A DNA stretch of 64,000 nucleotides from a virus: IMG/VR virus record IMGVR_UViG_3300028883_000033, positions 83,645 through 147,644 of that record. The stretch is one strand, 5' to 3'. The notes beneath the pieces are model-generated. The model made no database searches, had not been told where the DNA came from, and was given only the letters and a program-made list of their open reading frames with translations. Below are positions 48,424 through 57,298 of this stretch, piece by piece; position 1 is the stretch's first letter, and each line of letters opens with the position of its first letter. Both the position numbers and the translations under genes were made by a program.

Positions 48424-49713
48424 TTACACGTTGCCCGGCTTCTTCTCAAACAAGCCTCGGAACACTGGATAAATTTCCGCGACGTCTGATATCACTTGAG
48501 TTGCGAAGTTGTCGTTCGAAGTTCTGAGTTTCTCATAGTATGGCCACAAATCGCTGTCTTTGCCACCACGACGATCAATCTCCACATATGCATAGTACTG
48601 AATGTATCGTAGCATATGTTGTAGCAGATCCACCGCCACTTCTGAGTCAGCTCCCCAGTTATCTCCATCCGATGCCTGACAAGCAAAGATGTTCCACTGC
48701 TGAGGGTTGTACCGCTCTTCGATGATTTCCTTCATGAGCTCGAGGCTTGTTGATACTAACGTACCGCCCGTTTCTCTTGAATAGAAGAACTCTTCTTCGT
48801 CAACCTCTTTGGCGGAGGTGTGATGTCGAATGAAAATGATGTCAACTCGCTCATAGTTGCGGAACAAGAACATGTACAGCAACATAAAGAAGCGTTTAGC
48901 CATCTCTTTTTCCCACTCTCCCATACTAGCCGAGACGTCCATGATGGCAAACATTACAGCCTGTGTGGCTGGAATGGGAACCTTCTCCCAACGGTTGTAG
49001 CGAAGATCAACATCATCAATAAACGGAATAGCTTTGATTTTGCGCTTGAGAGCAGCAATCTCCTCTTCGAGTTCGAAGATGCGTTTATGATTGTTCTCTT
49101 TGTCGTCCTGTGCCAGCAAAAGCTCGAGTTCTTCTTCCAATTCTCTTAGCTTTTTCTTCTTCGGCGAACGAAGAGCAAGTCGCCGAGTCTTAGACTGACG
49201 CATTGAGCGTTCAATGTTCAGCCTGGATGGGTTGCCGTCCACAGCGAATCCTGCTCGACGATTAACCCACTCATCTACTTTCGAGATCTCTTTCTTCACG
49301 AGATCGGGAAGTTCAAGATCCTCAAAGAAGAGGTCAAGAAATTCTTCTCGAGTTAGGTGGAATTCGAAGCTATCATCGCCTTCACCATCAGGAGAGGCTT
49401 GATTACCACCGCCACCGCCACCACCTTGAGGTGGTCGGTTAATACGATCGCCTTGTGTGAACTCCTTGTTACCAGGGAAAACTCGATCAGTTACACCACC
49501 TTTATCTTGTTGGAACGTAGGTTGCTTCAATCCCTTTCCAGGAATCTTGATCTTCTTACCATCTTTACTGGTAATATCTTTGATGTTACCATCACGGATA
49601 GTTTTCTTTACAGCTTCGCGGACTTGTTCTTTGACACGACGGACGTACCGCTGACGGTTTACGGTGCTTTTACCTTTGTCGTTTTTTCTGCGGTCGATAA
49701 TAATATGTGCCAT
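48424..49713 (-). CDS. yeaH: YeaH/YhbH (DUF444) vWA-domain protein
   Basis: IIDRR.N.KGKSTVNRQR, LFFEDLELP, MDVSASM (MIDAS), ETGGT.VS, QASDGDNW. Confidence 0.95.
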   Translation of the reverse strand: MAHIIIDRRKNDKGKSTVNRQRYVRRVKEQVREAVKKTIRDGNIKDITSKDGKKIKIPGKGLKQPTFQQDKGGVTDRVFPGNKEFTQGDRINRPPQGGGGGGGNQASPDGEGDDSFEFHLTREEFLDLFFEDLELPDLVKKEISKVDEWVNRRAGFAVDGNPSRLNIERSMRQSKTRRLALRSPKKKKLRELEEELELLLAQDDKENNHKRIFELEEEIAALKRKIKAIPFIDDVDLRYNRWEKVPIPATQAVMFAIMDVSASMGEWEKEMAKRFFMLLYMFLFRNYERVDIIFIRHHTSAKEVDEEEFFYSRETGGTLVSTSLELMKEIIEERYNPQQWNIFACQASDGDNWGADSEVAVDLLQHMLRYIQYYAYVEIDRRGGKDSDLWPYYEKLRTSNDNFATQVISDVAEIYPVFRGLFEKKPGNV

Positions 49714-49777
49714 AATTAGTTCCTGTTTGTTAGTTCGATATTATGGGGCCCGAAGGCCCCACCTTCGTGACTCACAA

Positions 49778-51736
49778 TCAGTTATGCTTACGATAGCGCA
49801 TGTACCATTCGACCAGCAAGCGAACTTGCTTCTTCGTGTAGCCCTTCGACATCATACGTGATACGAACTCGTTGTGTTTCTTCTCTTCATCTTCCGTCTG
49901 CTTCTTGCTGAACGAAATGACTGGGAGCAGATCTTCGGTGTTCGCGAACATCTTCTTCTCGATGACCTCACGCAACTTCTCATAGCCAGTCCAATCAGGA
50001 CTCTTACCGCCATTGTCAGCGCGGAAGCGGATGACGTAACCGACAACTTCGTTTCGGAAGTCTTTCGGGTTGCCGATACCAGCAGCTTTTTCGATCTTTT
50101 CCAACTCACTGTTCAGTGAATCGCGATCAAACATCTCGCCAGTATCTGGATCGCGGTAATCCTTATCCTGCAGCCAGAAGTCGGCGTACATGATGTAACG
50201 ATCGAACAGGTTCTGGCCATACTCGTGATATGACTCGAGGTACGCTTTCTGCAATTCATCACCAAGGAACTCAGCAAAATCTGGTGCCAGGATTCCCTTG
50301 ATAAACGAGATTCGCTTTTCCTCTTCTTCGGAACCTAACTCTTCGTGTTTCAGAGTCTTCTCGAGGATGTGCATCAAGTGAATTGGGTTTGCGGCCAGTT
50401 CACTTGGATCGTAGTTGTATACCTTCGACAGGATCTTGAATGCGAAGCGAGTGGATGAACCATTCATCCCTTCGCGAACCCCAGCGTCTTCGCGGTACTC
50501 CTCAAGCGACTTCGCTTTTGGATCTTTATCTTTCAGGTTCTTGCCGTCATAGATTTCCATCTTTGAGAACAGGCTGCTGTTGTCAGGCTCGACGAGACGT
50601 GACAGAACTGAGAAACGAGCCATCATTTCCAGCGTTCCTGGTGCGCATGGGGCCTCAGACAGTTCGCTGTTTGCAATCAGCTTCTCGTAGATTTTCACCT
50701 CATCAGAAACACGAAGGCAGTAAGGGACCTTGATGATGTTAACACGATCGAGGAACGCTTCGTTGTCTTTGTTGTTGCGGAACTTCGTCCATTCAGACTC
50801 GTTTGAGTGAGCCAGAATAACACCCTGGAAAGGCATTGCTCCAAAGCCAGATTCGGTACCGTTGTAGTGACCTTCCTGTGTGGCGGTCAACAGTGGGTGC
50901 AACATCTTGATGGGAGCTTTGAACATCTCAACGAACTCCATCACGCCCTGAGTTGCGATATTCAGACCACCGGAGAAACCATATGCGTCAGGATCATGCT
51001 GGTCATACTCTTCCAGCATGCGGATATTGACTTTACCGACCAGGCTGGAAATGTCCTGGTTGTTTTCATCACCAGGTTCAACCTTTGTAATACCAACCTG
51101 TTTAAGGATGTCGGGCCACATTTTGACGACTTTGAATTTACTCAGATCGCCTTCAGCCTCTTCCATACGCTGGACGGCCCATGGCGAAATGATGTACTTC
51201 AGGTAGCGACGAGGAATACCATACTGCTCCTCGATTTCAGGACCATCTTCATCTGGATCGAACAACCCAAGAGGAGACTCATAGATAGGAGAAATTTCCC
51301 ATTTGTCGGTCCTGGCATTATATGCCTTCAGTACATAGATAGGAACACGCTGCATCAGCTGCTTCAGCCTTTCTGACAGAGACGATTTACCACCACCAAC
51401 AGGGCCCAAAAGGTAGAGAACCTGCTTGGATTCCTCCAAGCCCTGAGCAGCGTGTTTAAAAAATGATACGATTTGCTCAATCGTTTCTTCCGCACCATAA
51501 AAATCCCCAAATGCTTGTGGGTAAATTTTGATTTTGCGGTTAGAAAAGATTCGACTGAGACGGTCATCTCTGCGGGTGTCGATCACTTCTGGCTCTCCAA
51601 TTGCCATCAACATACGCTCTGCAGCGTTGGCATAGAAGCCCCGATCTTCTTTACATCCTTCGAGGTATTCCTCAATGGACATTTCTTCCGCTTGGTACCG
51701 TTCGTACCGATTTTGGTATTTCGAAAAAATACTCAT
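49778..51736 (-). CDS. yeaG: PrkA/YeaG AAA+ serine protein kinase
   Basis: KQVLYLLGPVGGGKSS, EPGDENNQDISSLVGKV, EFVEMFKAPIK.LHPLLTATQE, AHSNESEW. Confidence 0.97.
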   Translation of the reverse strand: MSIFSKYQNRYERYQAEEMSIEEYLEGCKEDRGFYANAAERMLMAIGEPEVIDTRRDDRLSRIFSNRKIKIYPQAFGDFYGAEETIEQIVSFFKHAAQGLEESKQVLYLLGPVGGGKSSLSERLKQLMQRVPIYVLKAYNARTDKWEISPIYESPLGLFDPDEDGPEIEEQYGIPRRYLKYIISPWAVQRMEEAEGDLSKFKVVKMWPDILKQVGITKVEPGDENNQDISSLVGKVNIRMLEEYDQHDPDAYGFSGGLNIATQGVMEFVEMFKAPIKMLHPLLTATQEGHYNGTESGFGAMPFQGVILAHSNESEWTKFRNNKDNEAFLDRVNIIKVPYCLRVSDEVKIYEKLIANSELSEAPCAPGTLEMMARFSVLSRLVEPDNSSLFSKMEIYDGKNLKDKDPKAKSLEEYREDAGVREGMNGSSTRFAFKILSKVYNYDPSELAANPIHLMHILEKTLKHEELGSEEEEKRISFIKGILAPDFAEFLGDELQKAYLESYHEYGQNLFDRYIMYADFWLQDKDYRDPDTGEMFDRDSLNSELEKIEKAAGIGNPKDFRNEVVGYVIRFRADNGGKSPDWTGYEKLREVIEKKMFANTEDLLPVISFSKKQTEDEEKKHNEFVSRMMSKGYTKKQVRLLVEWYMRYRKHN

Positions 51737-51780
51737 GTTATATTATCTCCTGTGGTGTACTTCTGTGGTATCGTCTCAAG

Positions 51781-51809
51781 ATAGTAAGGTTTTATGCGTT
51801 GACTGTCAA
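51781..51809 (-). promoter_or_regulatory. sigma70-like promoter of the yeaG-yeaH-ycgB operon
   Basis: TTGACA-N17-TACTAT. Confidence 0.7.
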
Positions 51810-52384
51810 GGGTTATTCCCCTCTTCAAGCACTTCTCTCTCGGCGTCAAGGTCGCGGTTGTTTGCTTCATCTGCAGAGAAGCCGTCTTTGTACCGTGCTT
51901 TGTCGCTCTTTGAAAGTTTGTTAATATTTGTTTCCATTACTGATGCGAATGAACTATCAACTGCGTCAATGCCGATGGCCTGGTACCAGTTTAAGTCACC
52001 CAGCTCTTCGATGAAATTAACTTTATCGAATTCGGGTTGTGATAGAGCTTCGAGTAGTTCGACAGATTCTGTAGTTAGACCGACGATCGAGTGAAAGATT
52101 CTGGGATCAAAAGTGGTTACACCTTCAACTGCATTGCCTTTTTGAATGTCTTCAAGTGCGGGCTTGAGATAGTCGAGAGCATTAATGATATTGAAAAATT
52201 CATTGACCAGTTTATCGAAGTCGTAGTCGCGCTGATAGAAAACGTGTTTCTTGATTTGGTCAAGCATGTTGCCACTCGAGATCATGATCTCGAATACTGC
52301 TCCAAGCAGCGCTGGGTTAACAACAACTTGATCTACCTTGCTTTCTGTTTTTAGTGCCTCTGTAATGTATTGTTCTGTATCCAT
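51806..52384 (-). CDS. MazG-like nucleotide pyrophosphohydrolase
   Basis: GLTTESVELLE...IEELGDLNWY...NINKL..RY..GF; degenerate first repeat LDQIKKHVFY. Confidence 0.85.
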   Translation of the reverse strand: MDTEQYITEALKTESKVDQVVVNPALLGAVFEIMISSGNMLDQIKKHVFYQRDYDFDKLVNEFFNIINALDYLKPALEDIQKGNAVEGVTTFDPRIFHSIVGLTTESVELLEALSQPEFDKVNFIEELGDLNWYQAIGIDAVDSSFASVMETNINKLSKSDKARYKDGFSADEANNRDLDAEREVLEEGNNP

Positions 52385-52395
52385 ATTGCTCTCTA

Positions 52396-52698
52396 TTATG
52401 CTAATAATTTTGATTGTGTTGCATCCTCGTCAACAACCATTGGCGTGCGTCCAAGAAGACAGTCGATTGCATACCGCCTAACATCTTTTGGCACACGTCC
52501 TGTATGCCAAAACCTGGCAAACATATGGTCGATGTGGTTAGCGTATGCACTTCCTCGCTTGATCAACAATGCCGCGAAGATCACCTGATAAACACTAACA
52601 TCAAAAGTTCTTGATGCAAGATCGAGCACGAACTCGTCGTTTAATTCGCTATGCGATAACGTATCGAGTTCGTCTCTGGTGATATGCTCGCCGGGCAT
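52396..52698 (-). CDS. hypothetical protein
   Basis: 100-aa ORF in operon. Confidence 0.65.
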   Translation of the reverse strand: MPGEHITRDELDTLSHSELNDEFVLDLASRTFDVSVYQVIFAALLIKRGSAYANHIDHMFARFWHTGRVPKDVRRYAIDCLLGRTPMVVDEDATQSKLLA

Positions 52699-52703
52699 TT
52701 ACA

Positions 52704-53015
52704 TCAGGCGATTCTTTTATTTCGACCTGAAGGTGACTTCTGGCCTTTGTACCCGTTTTTGCGAGTAACAGCTCGAGCCCGCTGTTGCGCTTTGCGTCTT
52801 GCTTTGCGTTGCTTGCTCGTGGTTTTCTTTTTGGTGAAATCACTACCGAAGATACCCATCTCTGCTCGCATGCCAGCAGCTTGACGAGAACTGATGCTAC
52901 CAATTTTTAGAGCGTTGGAAATGATTTGGAGGATATCGCCTTTGTTCAGTTTGGTTTCAGTGGTAGGCGCTTCTTCGGTTACTTCTTCGACGTTGTCGAC
53001 TTTTGACTCTTCCAT
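52704..53015 (-). CDS. hypothetical protein with very basic C-terminus
   Basis: K/R-rich tail; possible nucleic-acid binder. Confidence 0.7.
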   Translation of the reverse strand: MEESKVDNVEEVTEEAPTTETKLNKGDILQIISNALKIGSISSRQAAGMRAEMGIFGSDFTKKKTTSKQRKARRKAQQRARAVTRKNGYKGQKSPSGRNKRIA

Positions 53016-53024
53016 AGGTTCCCC

Positions 53025-53591
53025 TTATGATTTGTTCAGTTGTGCTTTAATTGATTCAAGATTGTGGCGCTGTTTCTTTTGAGCTTTACGAATCTTTTTC
53101 TTGATTCTATTCTCCTTGAACCAGGACGAACCGTCAACGAATACCTTGCCTTTAAGGTGATCGATTTCGTGCAAAATAGCGAATGCGTATAAGTCACGAA
53201 ACTCGACAGTGTGCTCTTCACCAGTAGTGTCTTTAAACTTCACGACTATAAAATTAGGACGTTTACGTTTTTCGAAATACCCAGGAACGGATAAACACCC
53301 TTCTTCCCATTCAAACTCTTCTTCGCTAACTTCAACCACTTCGGGGTTGATCAGAGCGAGAGGATTTGAGTTCTCAAGTCGGATAACCAGCACGTTGCTA
53401 AGTTCACCAATCTGAGGCGCAGCCATACCCACACCTTCATTTGCAACCATTGTTACAAACATATCAGCGACGAGGTGTTCTAGGTCTTCGTTGAAGTCGA
53501 CAATATCATGACATTCCACATGCAACCCATCATCGGGCCATACGAGAATGTCGCGGATTTGGGGGGTATATTTTTCTTTTGTAGTATCCAT
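53025..53591 (-). CDS. def: peptide deformylase
   Basis: GVGMAAPQIG, EGCLSVPG, HEIDHLKG; ATG 53591. Confidence 0.96.
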   Translation of the reverse strand: MDTTKEKYTPQIRDILVWPDDGLHVECHDIVDFNEDLEHLVADMFVTMVANEGVGMAAPQIGELSNVLVIRLENSNPLALINPEVVEVSEEEFEWEEGCLSVPGYFEKRKRPNFIVVKFKDTTGEEHTVEFRDLYAFAILHEIDHLKGKVFVDGSSWFKENRIKKKIRKAQKKQRHNLESIKAQLNKS

Positions 53592-53638
53592 ATTATCTCT
53601 TTTATATTGAAAACGGCCCACCGGAGTGGGCCGTTACG

Positions 53639-54223
53639 TTACGCCAATAACAGGCGGCTTTCTTTTGGAACCTGCTTCATCAGAAATTCCATCTGGTCTG
53701 CCAGAATCCTACGATTCCTCAGAATCAGATATTCAGCACGGTTTGGCACGTATGGCACAAACAGCAACTGCATTCCTGCTTCTTCAGGCGTACGGTCGTC
53801 CTTATGCTTGTTGCAGTGGTGGCAAGCAGTAACGACGTTCATCCAAGTGTTTGGACCGCCACGAGATACAGGCAGGATATGATCACGTGACAACTCATGT
53901 GACGCAAAGGTATTCCCGCAGTAACCACACACGTGCTGATCGCGACGGAACAATGTGTCGTTTGTCAGCGGGACGCGATTCATCTGCTCAAGCTGCTTTG
54001 AGTTCACTTTGCCTTTGATCGCGATGATTGTATCCATGGTTAGCGTGGACTGTTCACCTGTCATGCGTGACGTTCCGCCGTGCAAAGTGAAGTCCTCCGC
54101 TTGCATTGACCATGCAACCAGATCTTTTGTGTAGTAGTATGCTGCTTTCTCGTGCGTAATCCACGTGTGTGGGTTACCGGCAACGTCCAGCTGCAACACG
54201 AGTGGTAATTCCCTCATTTTCAT
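53639..54223 (-). CDS. HNH endonuclease (McrA-like)
   Basis: RRDQHVCGYCG...DHILPVSRGG..W.NVVTACHHCN. Confidence 0.92.
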   Translation of the reverse strand: MKMRELPLVLQLDVAGNPHTWITHEKAAYYYTKDLVAWSMQAEDFTLHGGTSRMTGEQSTLTMDTIIAIKGKVNSKQLEQMNRVPLTNDTLFRRDQHVCGYCGNTFASHELSRDHILPVSRGGPNTWMNVVTACHHCNKHKDDRTPEEAGMQLLFVPYVPNRAEYLILRNRRILADQMEFLMKQVPKESRLLLA

Positions 54224-54259
54224 GTCCTCCTGTATGACATTTTCTCTATACGCTCTAGC

Positions 54260-54306
54260 TATTTAGAGCACCCGCCGATTATAACTCATTCCCCTATGCG
54301 AGGCAA
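54260..54306 (-). promoter_or_regulatory. sigma70-like plus late-type promoters of the HNH/def operon
   Basis: TTGCCT-N17-TATAAT (54306-54278) and TAAATA (54265-54260). Confidence 0.55.
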
Positions 54307-54312
54307 CGCGTT

Positions 54313-54708
54313 TTACTCGTAAAGGTCTGCGATATCTACCGGTTCGTGGGGTTTGGGTTCTTCATAATCTTCCAACCAGAATTCATACTCTTCGAAGTTA
54401 TCGTAAACCTTCTGAACCACTTCCCGCCAGATATCATACCGCCCAGCAACCTGCCGAGCAATATACTCACATTGATCGACCCTAGGCATGCAATCCTGGC
54501 ATGCGCAGAAGTCCGGGTAATCCTCCCAATCATTTTCCCAATATACCTTTCGATGGTCCCGACATGCATCCTTCCCGCAGAAGCTGCATCTCATGATTCG
54601 AGATGTCCCGCAACATCCTGAGTTATGGTCAGTTTGTGTGTCGCAGAAGTCACACTTCCATGTGGTGACTTCTTTCTCGACCATAACCTTTCTCTTGGTT
54701 ATGCTCAT
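54313..54708 (-). CDS. Cys-rich (zinc-finger-like) hypothetical protein
   Basis: CDFC, CSFC, CRDH, CQDC. Confidence 0.75.
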   Translation of the reverse strand: MSITKRKVMVEKEVTTWKCDFCDTQTDHNSGCCGTSRIMRCSFCGKDACRDHRKVYWENDWEDYPDFCACQDCMPRVDQCEYIARQVAGRYDIWREVVQKVYDNFEEYEFWLEDYEEPKPHEPVDIADLYE

Positions 54709-55160
54709 GCGACCTCTCCTTCGAACTTTGCTTTTAGTTCGAGGTACTTCTTGCGCTCACGCTCTTCATTTTCACGCTTGCGCCTAGCAGCTGCTTCTTC
54801 AGCCTTGCGTTTCTTTTCTTCTTCCATTTTACGAATCTTCTCTTTGACATCGTCGAGATAATTCTCATCGAAGAAGTAAGACAGGGGAATGTCAATTCCG
54901 TGTGTTTCCCATTCACTACACCCGAGATACTCTTCATATTCGGCTGTAATACTTCCATTCTCGAACGAGATTTCCTCACTGTCAATTGAGTACTTGCCAC
55001 CCTTGAGCTTAACCATCGCTGTAGCGATTTCAGCTGCACGTTCCTGAAGTTGTTGAATAATCTCTAGCAGTTCATACAACTCGTTGGCATTGTTAAATTC
55101 GAGAGTGATTGGTTTGACCTTAATGCCTTGGTAGTCATCACCAGTGCTCTGAAGTTTCAT
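54705..55160 (-). CDS. hypothetical protein
   Basis: 151 aa with coiled-coil C-terminus, ATGA overlaps. Confidence 0.75.
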   Translation of the reverse strand: MKLQSTGDDYQGIKVKPITLEFNNANELYELLEIIQQLQERAAEIATAMVKLKGGKYSIDSEEISFENGSITAEYEEYLGCSEWETHGIDIPLSYFFDENYLDDVKEKIRKMEEEKKRKAEEAAARRKRENEERERKKYLELKAKFEGEVA

Positions 55161-55639
55161 GCTGCGTCCTCCACATCCAGCGCAAAGAGCTCAGCGAACG
55201 TATTTGGACGCGCTCCATTAAGGATTTTCTTCTTCAGACGCAGCCCCTGACCATAGTCTGCCCAGAGGGTTTCAACCTTCTCAACCTCGATCCACTGAAG
55301 GTCGTCTACAACCAGGGTTCCTTCGAATGGCGCAATGAAGTCATTGACCCAGCCCTGCCTAAAATCATTGACCCAGCCTTCGCTTACCATGCGGCTAGAC
55401 CAGTCAGCAATCCTCATGTACTCATTGACAGCGTCGACGAATCCGTGATTCAGACGAGTTCCGTTATTCAGTTTGTTGTGGTTCGTAACAGGCGTGAAGC
55501 CGTGGTCCAGATCCTTACCGCGAATGGCATTATACATTACCATATGTGCTGCAGTAATTTTACCAGCCTGAGCAGCTTTAGCCCATGCGTTACGGAATGC
55601 GATGAATTGTTCTTTAGTTTCGAAATATTTGGTAGTCAT
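55157..55639 (-). CDS. hypothetical protein
   Basis: ATG 55639 with AGGAG SD; internal GWVNDF duplication. Confidence 0.75.
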   Translation of the reverse strand: MTTKYFETKEQFIAFRNAWAKAAQAGKITAAHMVMYNAIRGKDLDHGFTPVTNHNKLNNGTRLNHGFVDAVNEYMRIADWSSRMVSEGWVNDFRQGWVNDFIAPFEGTLVVDDLQWIEVEKVETLWADYGQGLRLKKKILNGARPNTFAELFALDVEDAA

Positions 55640-55766
55640 TGTAATCTCCTTGAGTAATAAAGTTATTTCGTTTGAAAAGTGAGGTTCAAACGTTCTCAAG
55701 GAGGTCCACGGGCGTGGATCTACCAGAATGGGAGCTTAGTTATCTACAAGCCAGGTTTTACGTCTT

Positions 55767-56054
55767 TCATATGCCTTTCTCAATTAACACAGTGAATTTA
55801 TCACCAATATTTAGCGACGTGCCGCAAAAGAAGGAAAGTTTTTTGTTATCTTCGCGTTGAGCGATGTAAAAACCAACCTTACCAGTTCCAGTACATCTAT
55901 CTAGTTCATACCTATCAGTACTTAGGATCACAGTCATTTCGACTATTTCCTCGCCAATCCTGAGGTCACGAGCTTCCGCTGGTGAGTAGATCAGACTGTC
56001 GGCAGTAACAATAGTACTTATACTTAGCAACAATGTCAACAAAAATACTCTCAT
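55767..56054 (-). CDS. secreted hypothetical protein
   Basis: Signal peptide; TAAATA 5 nt before the ATG. Confidence 0.7.
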   Translation of the reverse strand: MRVFLLTLLLSISTIVTADSLIYSPAEARDLRIGEEIVEMTVILSTDRYELDRCTGTGKVGFYIAQREDNKKLSFFCGTSLNIGDKFTVLIEKGI

Positions 56055-56071
56055 TGGAGTATTTAGGGTGT

Positions 56072-56147
56072 TGGTGCCCCGTGCAGGAATCGAACCCGCG
56101 ACACAGAGATTTAGAGTCTCCTGTTCTAACCGCTGAACTAACGGGGC
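56072..56147 (-). tRNA. amber-suppressor tRNA, anticodon CUA
   Basis: GCCCCGT-TA-GTTC-AGCGGTTA-GAAC-A-GGAGA-CT-CTA-AA-TCTCT-GTGTC-GCGGG-TTCGATT-CCTGC-ACGGGGC-A-CCA; canonical 76-nt cloverleaf. Confidence 0.93.
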
Positions 56148-56423
56148 CTAACTTGAATAATGCCACGATCCATCATCGTTCGTATACACTTCAACGGCCT
56201 TATCGTACAACATATTTGCTGCCTGAGCAGGCGTCAACTTATTGTGATAGCACGTATTAATGATGGTTTTGAAATCAATGGCCGCAACTTCTGCCGGACG
56301 CAGCGGAACGCCTTTTTTGATCAAAAAAGCCACAACGTCCTCTTTATAATCCCACGAACGGTGGTCAACGTGACCAATATTGCGAGGATTGTTAGGGTTG
56401 GTTAGATTGGATGAAGTTGCCAT
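56148..56423 (-). CDS. hypothetical protein ending in TAG abutting the tRNA
   Basis: ATG 56423 (MATSSNL); stop TAG at 56150-56148. Confidence 0.65.
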   Translation of the reverse strand: MATSSNLTNPNNPRNIGHVDHRSWDYKEDVVAFLIKKGVPLRPAEVAAIDFKTIINTCYHNKLTPAQAANMLYDKAVEVYTNDDGSWHYSS

Positions 56424-56459
56424 AATGGGTATTATCCCAAAATGGGTGGGTGATGGCAA

Positions 56460-56624
56460 CTAGTCGTCGGACTTATCGCACCCGCGTTTGAAAATGCAGC
56501 ATTTGAAGGAGCATGCTTTTTGGCATACGGCCATCAATAGAACGACGGCAGCAGAAATACCTGCCCAGCCACCAAGTAATATCGTTCCGCTGTCAAAACT
56601 GGCAGCCGTTTCAATACCAAACAT
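56460..56624 (-). CDS. small membrane protein with Cys-rich tail (54 aa)
   Basis: Manual translation MFGIETAASFDSGTILLGGWAGISAAVVLLMAVCQKACSFKCCIFKRGCDKSDD, TAG stop; GGGAG SD; TAAATA at 56663-56668. Confidence 0.65.
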   Translation of the reverse strand: MFGIETAASFDSGTILLGGWAGISAAVVLLMAVCQKACSFKCCIFKRGCDKSDD

Positions 56625-56696
56625 TTTAGTTCTCCCGTAAATCAGTAGATGGTAATATCCACTATTTACGCGGAAAAGACAACGGAAAAAATTTCC

Positions 56697-56966
56697 CTAC
56701 TGGTTCGGGCATTTATCCTGCCAAGTTTCCAACTTGTATTTGTAATACTCAGAGGTTGGGTCCTCTCTAACCTTATCTCTGTACCATTTGAGCTTAGTTC
56801 CACAGCGGTCTTGCTGTTCTTCTTGGATCTTCTGATATTGTTCTTTTTCAATGCGCAGCTCGTACACATTATCCCACCAATCTTTAACCCAAGTATCAGT
56901 TCCACCATCCATGGCGAAAGCGGTAGGTGCAAACATCAAAACAATGATTATTGATATTCTTTCCAT
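56697..56966 (-). CDS. secreted hypothetical protein
   Basis: Signal peptide ending AFA, two Cys; TAG stop. Confidence 0.7.
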   Translation of the reverse strand: MERISIIIVLMFAPTAFAMDGGTDTWVKDWWDNVYELRIEKEQYQKIQEEQQDRCGTKLKWYRDKVREDPTSEYYKYKLETWQDKCPNQ

Positions 56967-57298
56967 CTTTCTTTTATCTCAGTTAGTTGATCACGGTACG
57001 TTTCCAATTGAAGCCATTTCCGCTCTGGGACAACCTCGCCGTTCTTTAACGCGGTGTCAATTTCGCGTTCCATTATACGTATACGCAAGGCCAAATCATC
57101 TTTGTGGAGCTCAATCACATCAAATGTGGATCGTTTGATCTCTTTTGTTATCTGAACAGTACTAGCTGTGACTGCACTCTTAATCTGTTTATCAATCGTG
57201 AACCACAGACCTAAAGTTGAAGTTATAAATGCAACAATCGCACCGCCAGTAGCTAGTGCAACCTTCAGGTTAAATTTATTTGGTGTATCATCACCCAC
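56948..57298 (-). CDS. membrane-anchored hypothetical protein
   Basis: GTG at 57298 after GGAGGGAG SD; one TM segment then coiled coil. Confidence 0.65.
   Translation of the reverse strand: MGDDTPNKFNLKVALATGGAIVAFITSTLGLWFTIDKQIKSAVTASTVQITKEIKRSTFDVIELHKDDLALRIRIMEREIDTALKNGEVVPERKWLQLETYRDQLTEIKERWKEYQ

Noticed and set aside
53639-54223. HNH gene as a mobile homing element
   Set aside because: It does not interrupt a gene, has its own promoters and hairpin, and resembles the stand-alone McrA-like HNH family.
56072-56147. Pyrrolysine tRNA
   Set aside because: It has a canonical D-loop GG, TTCGA T-loop, 5-bp anticodon stem and 5-nt variable loop, unlike tRNA-Pyl; no pyl genes are seen.
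56148-56148. G at position -1 as a His identity element linked to the Thg1-like gene
   Set aside because: The G is simply the last base of the upstream TAG; there is no evidence it is retained in the mature tRNA.
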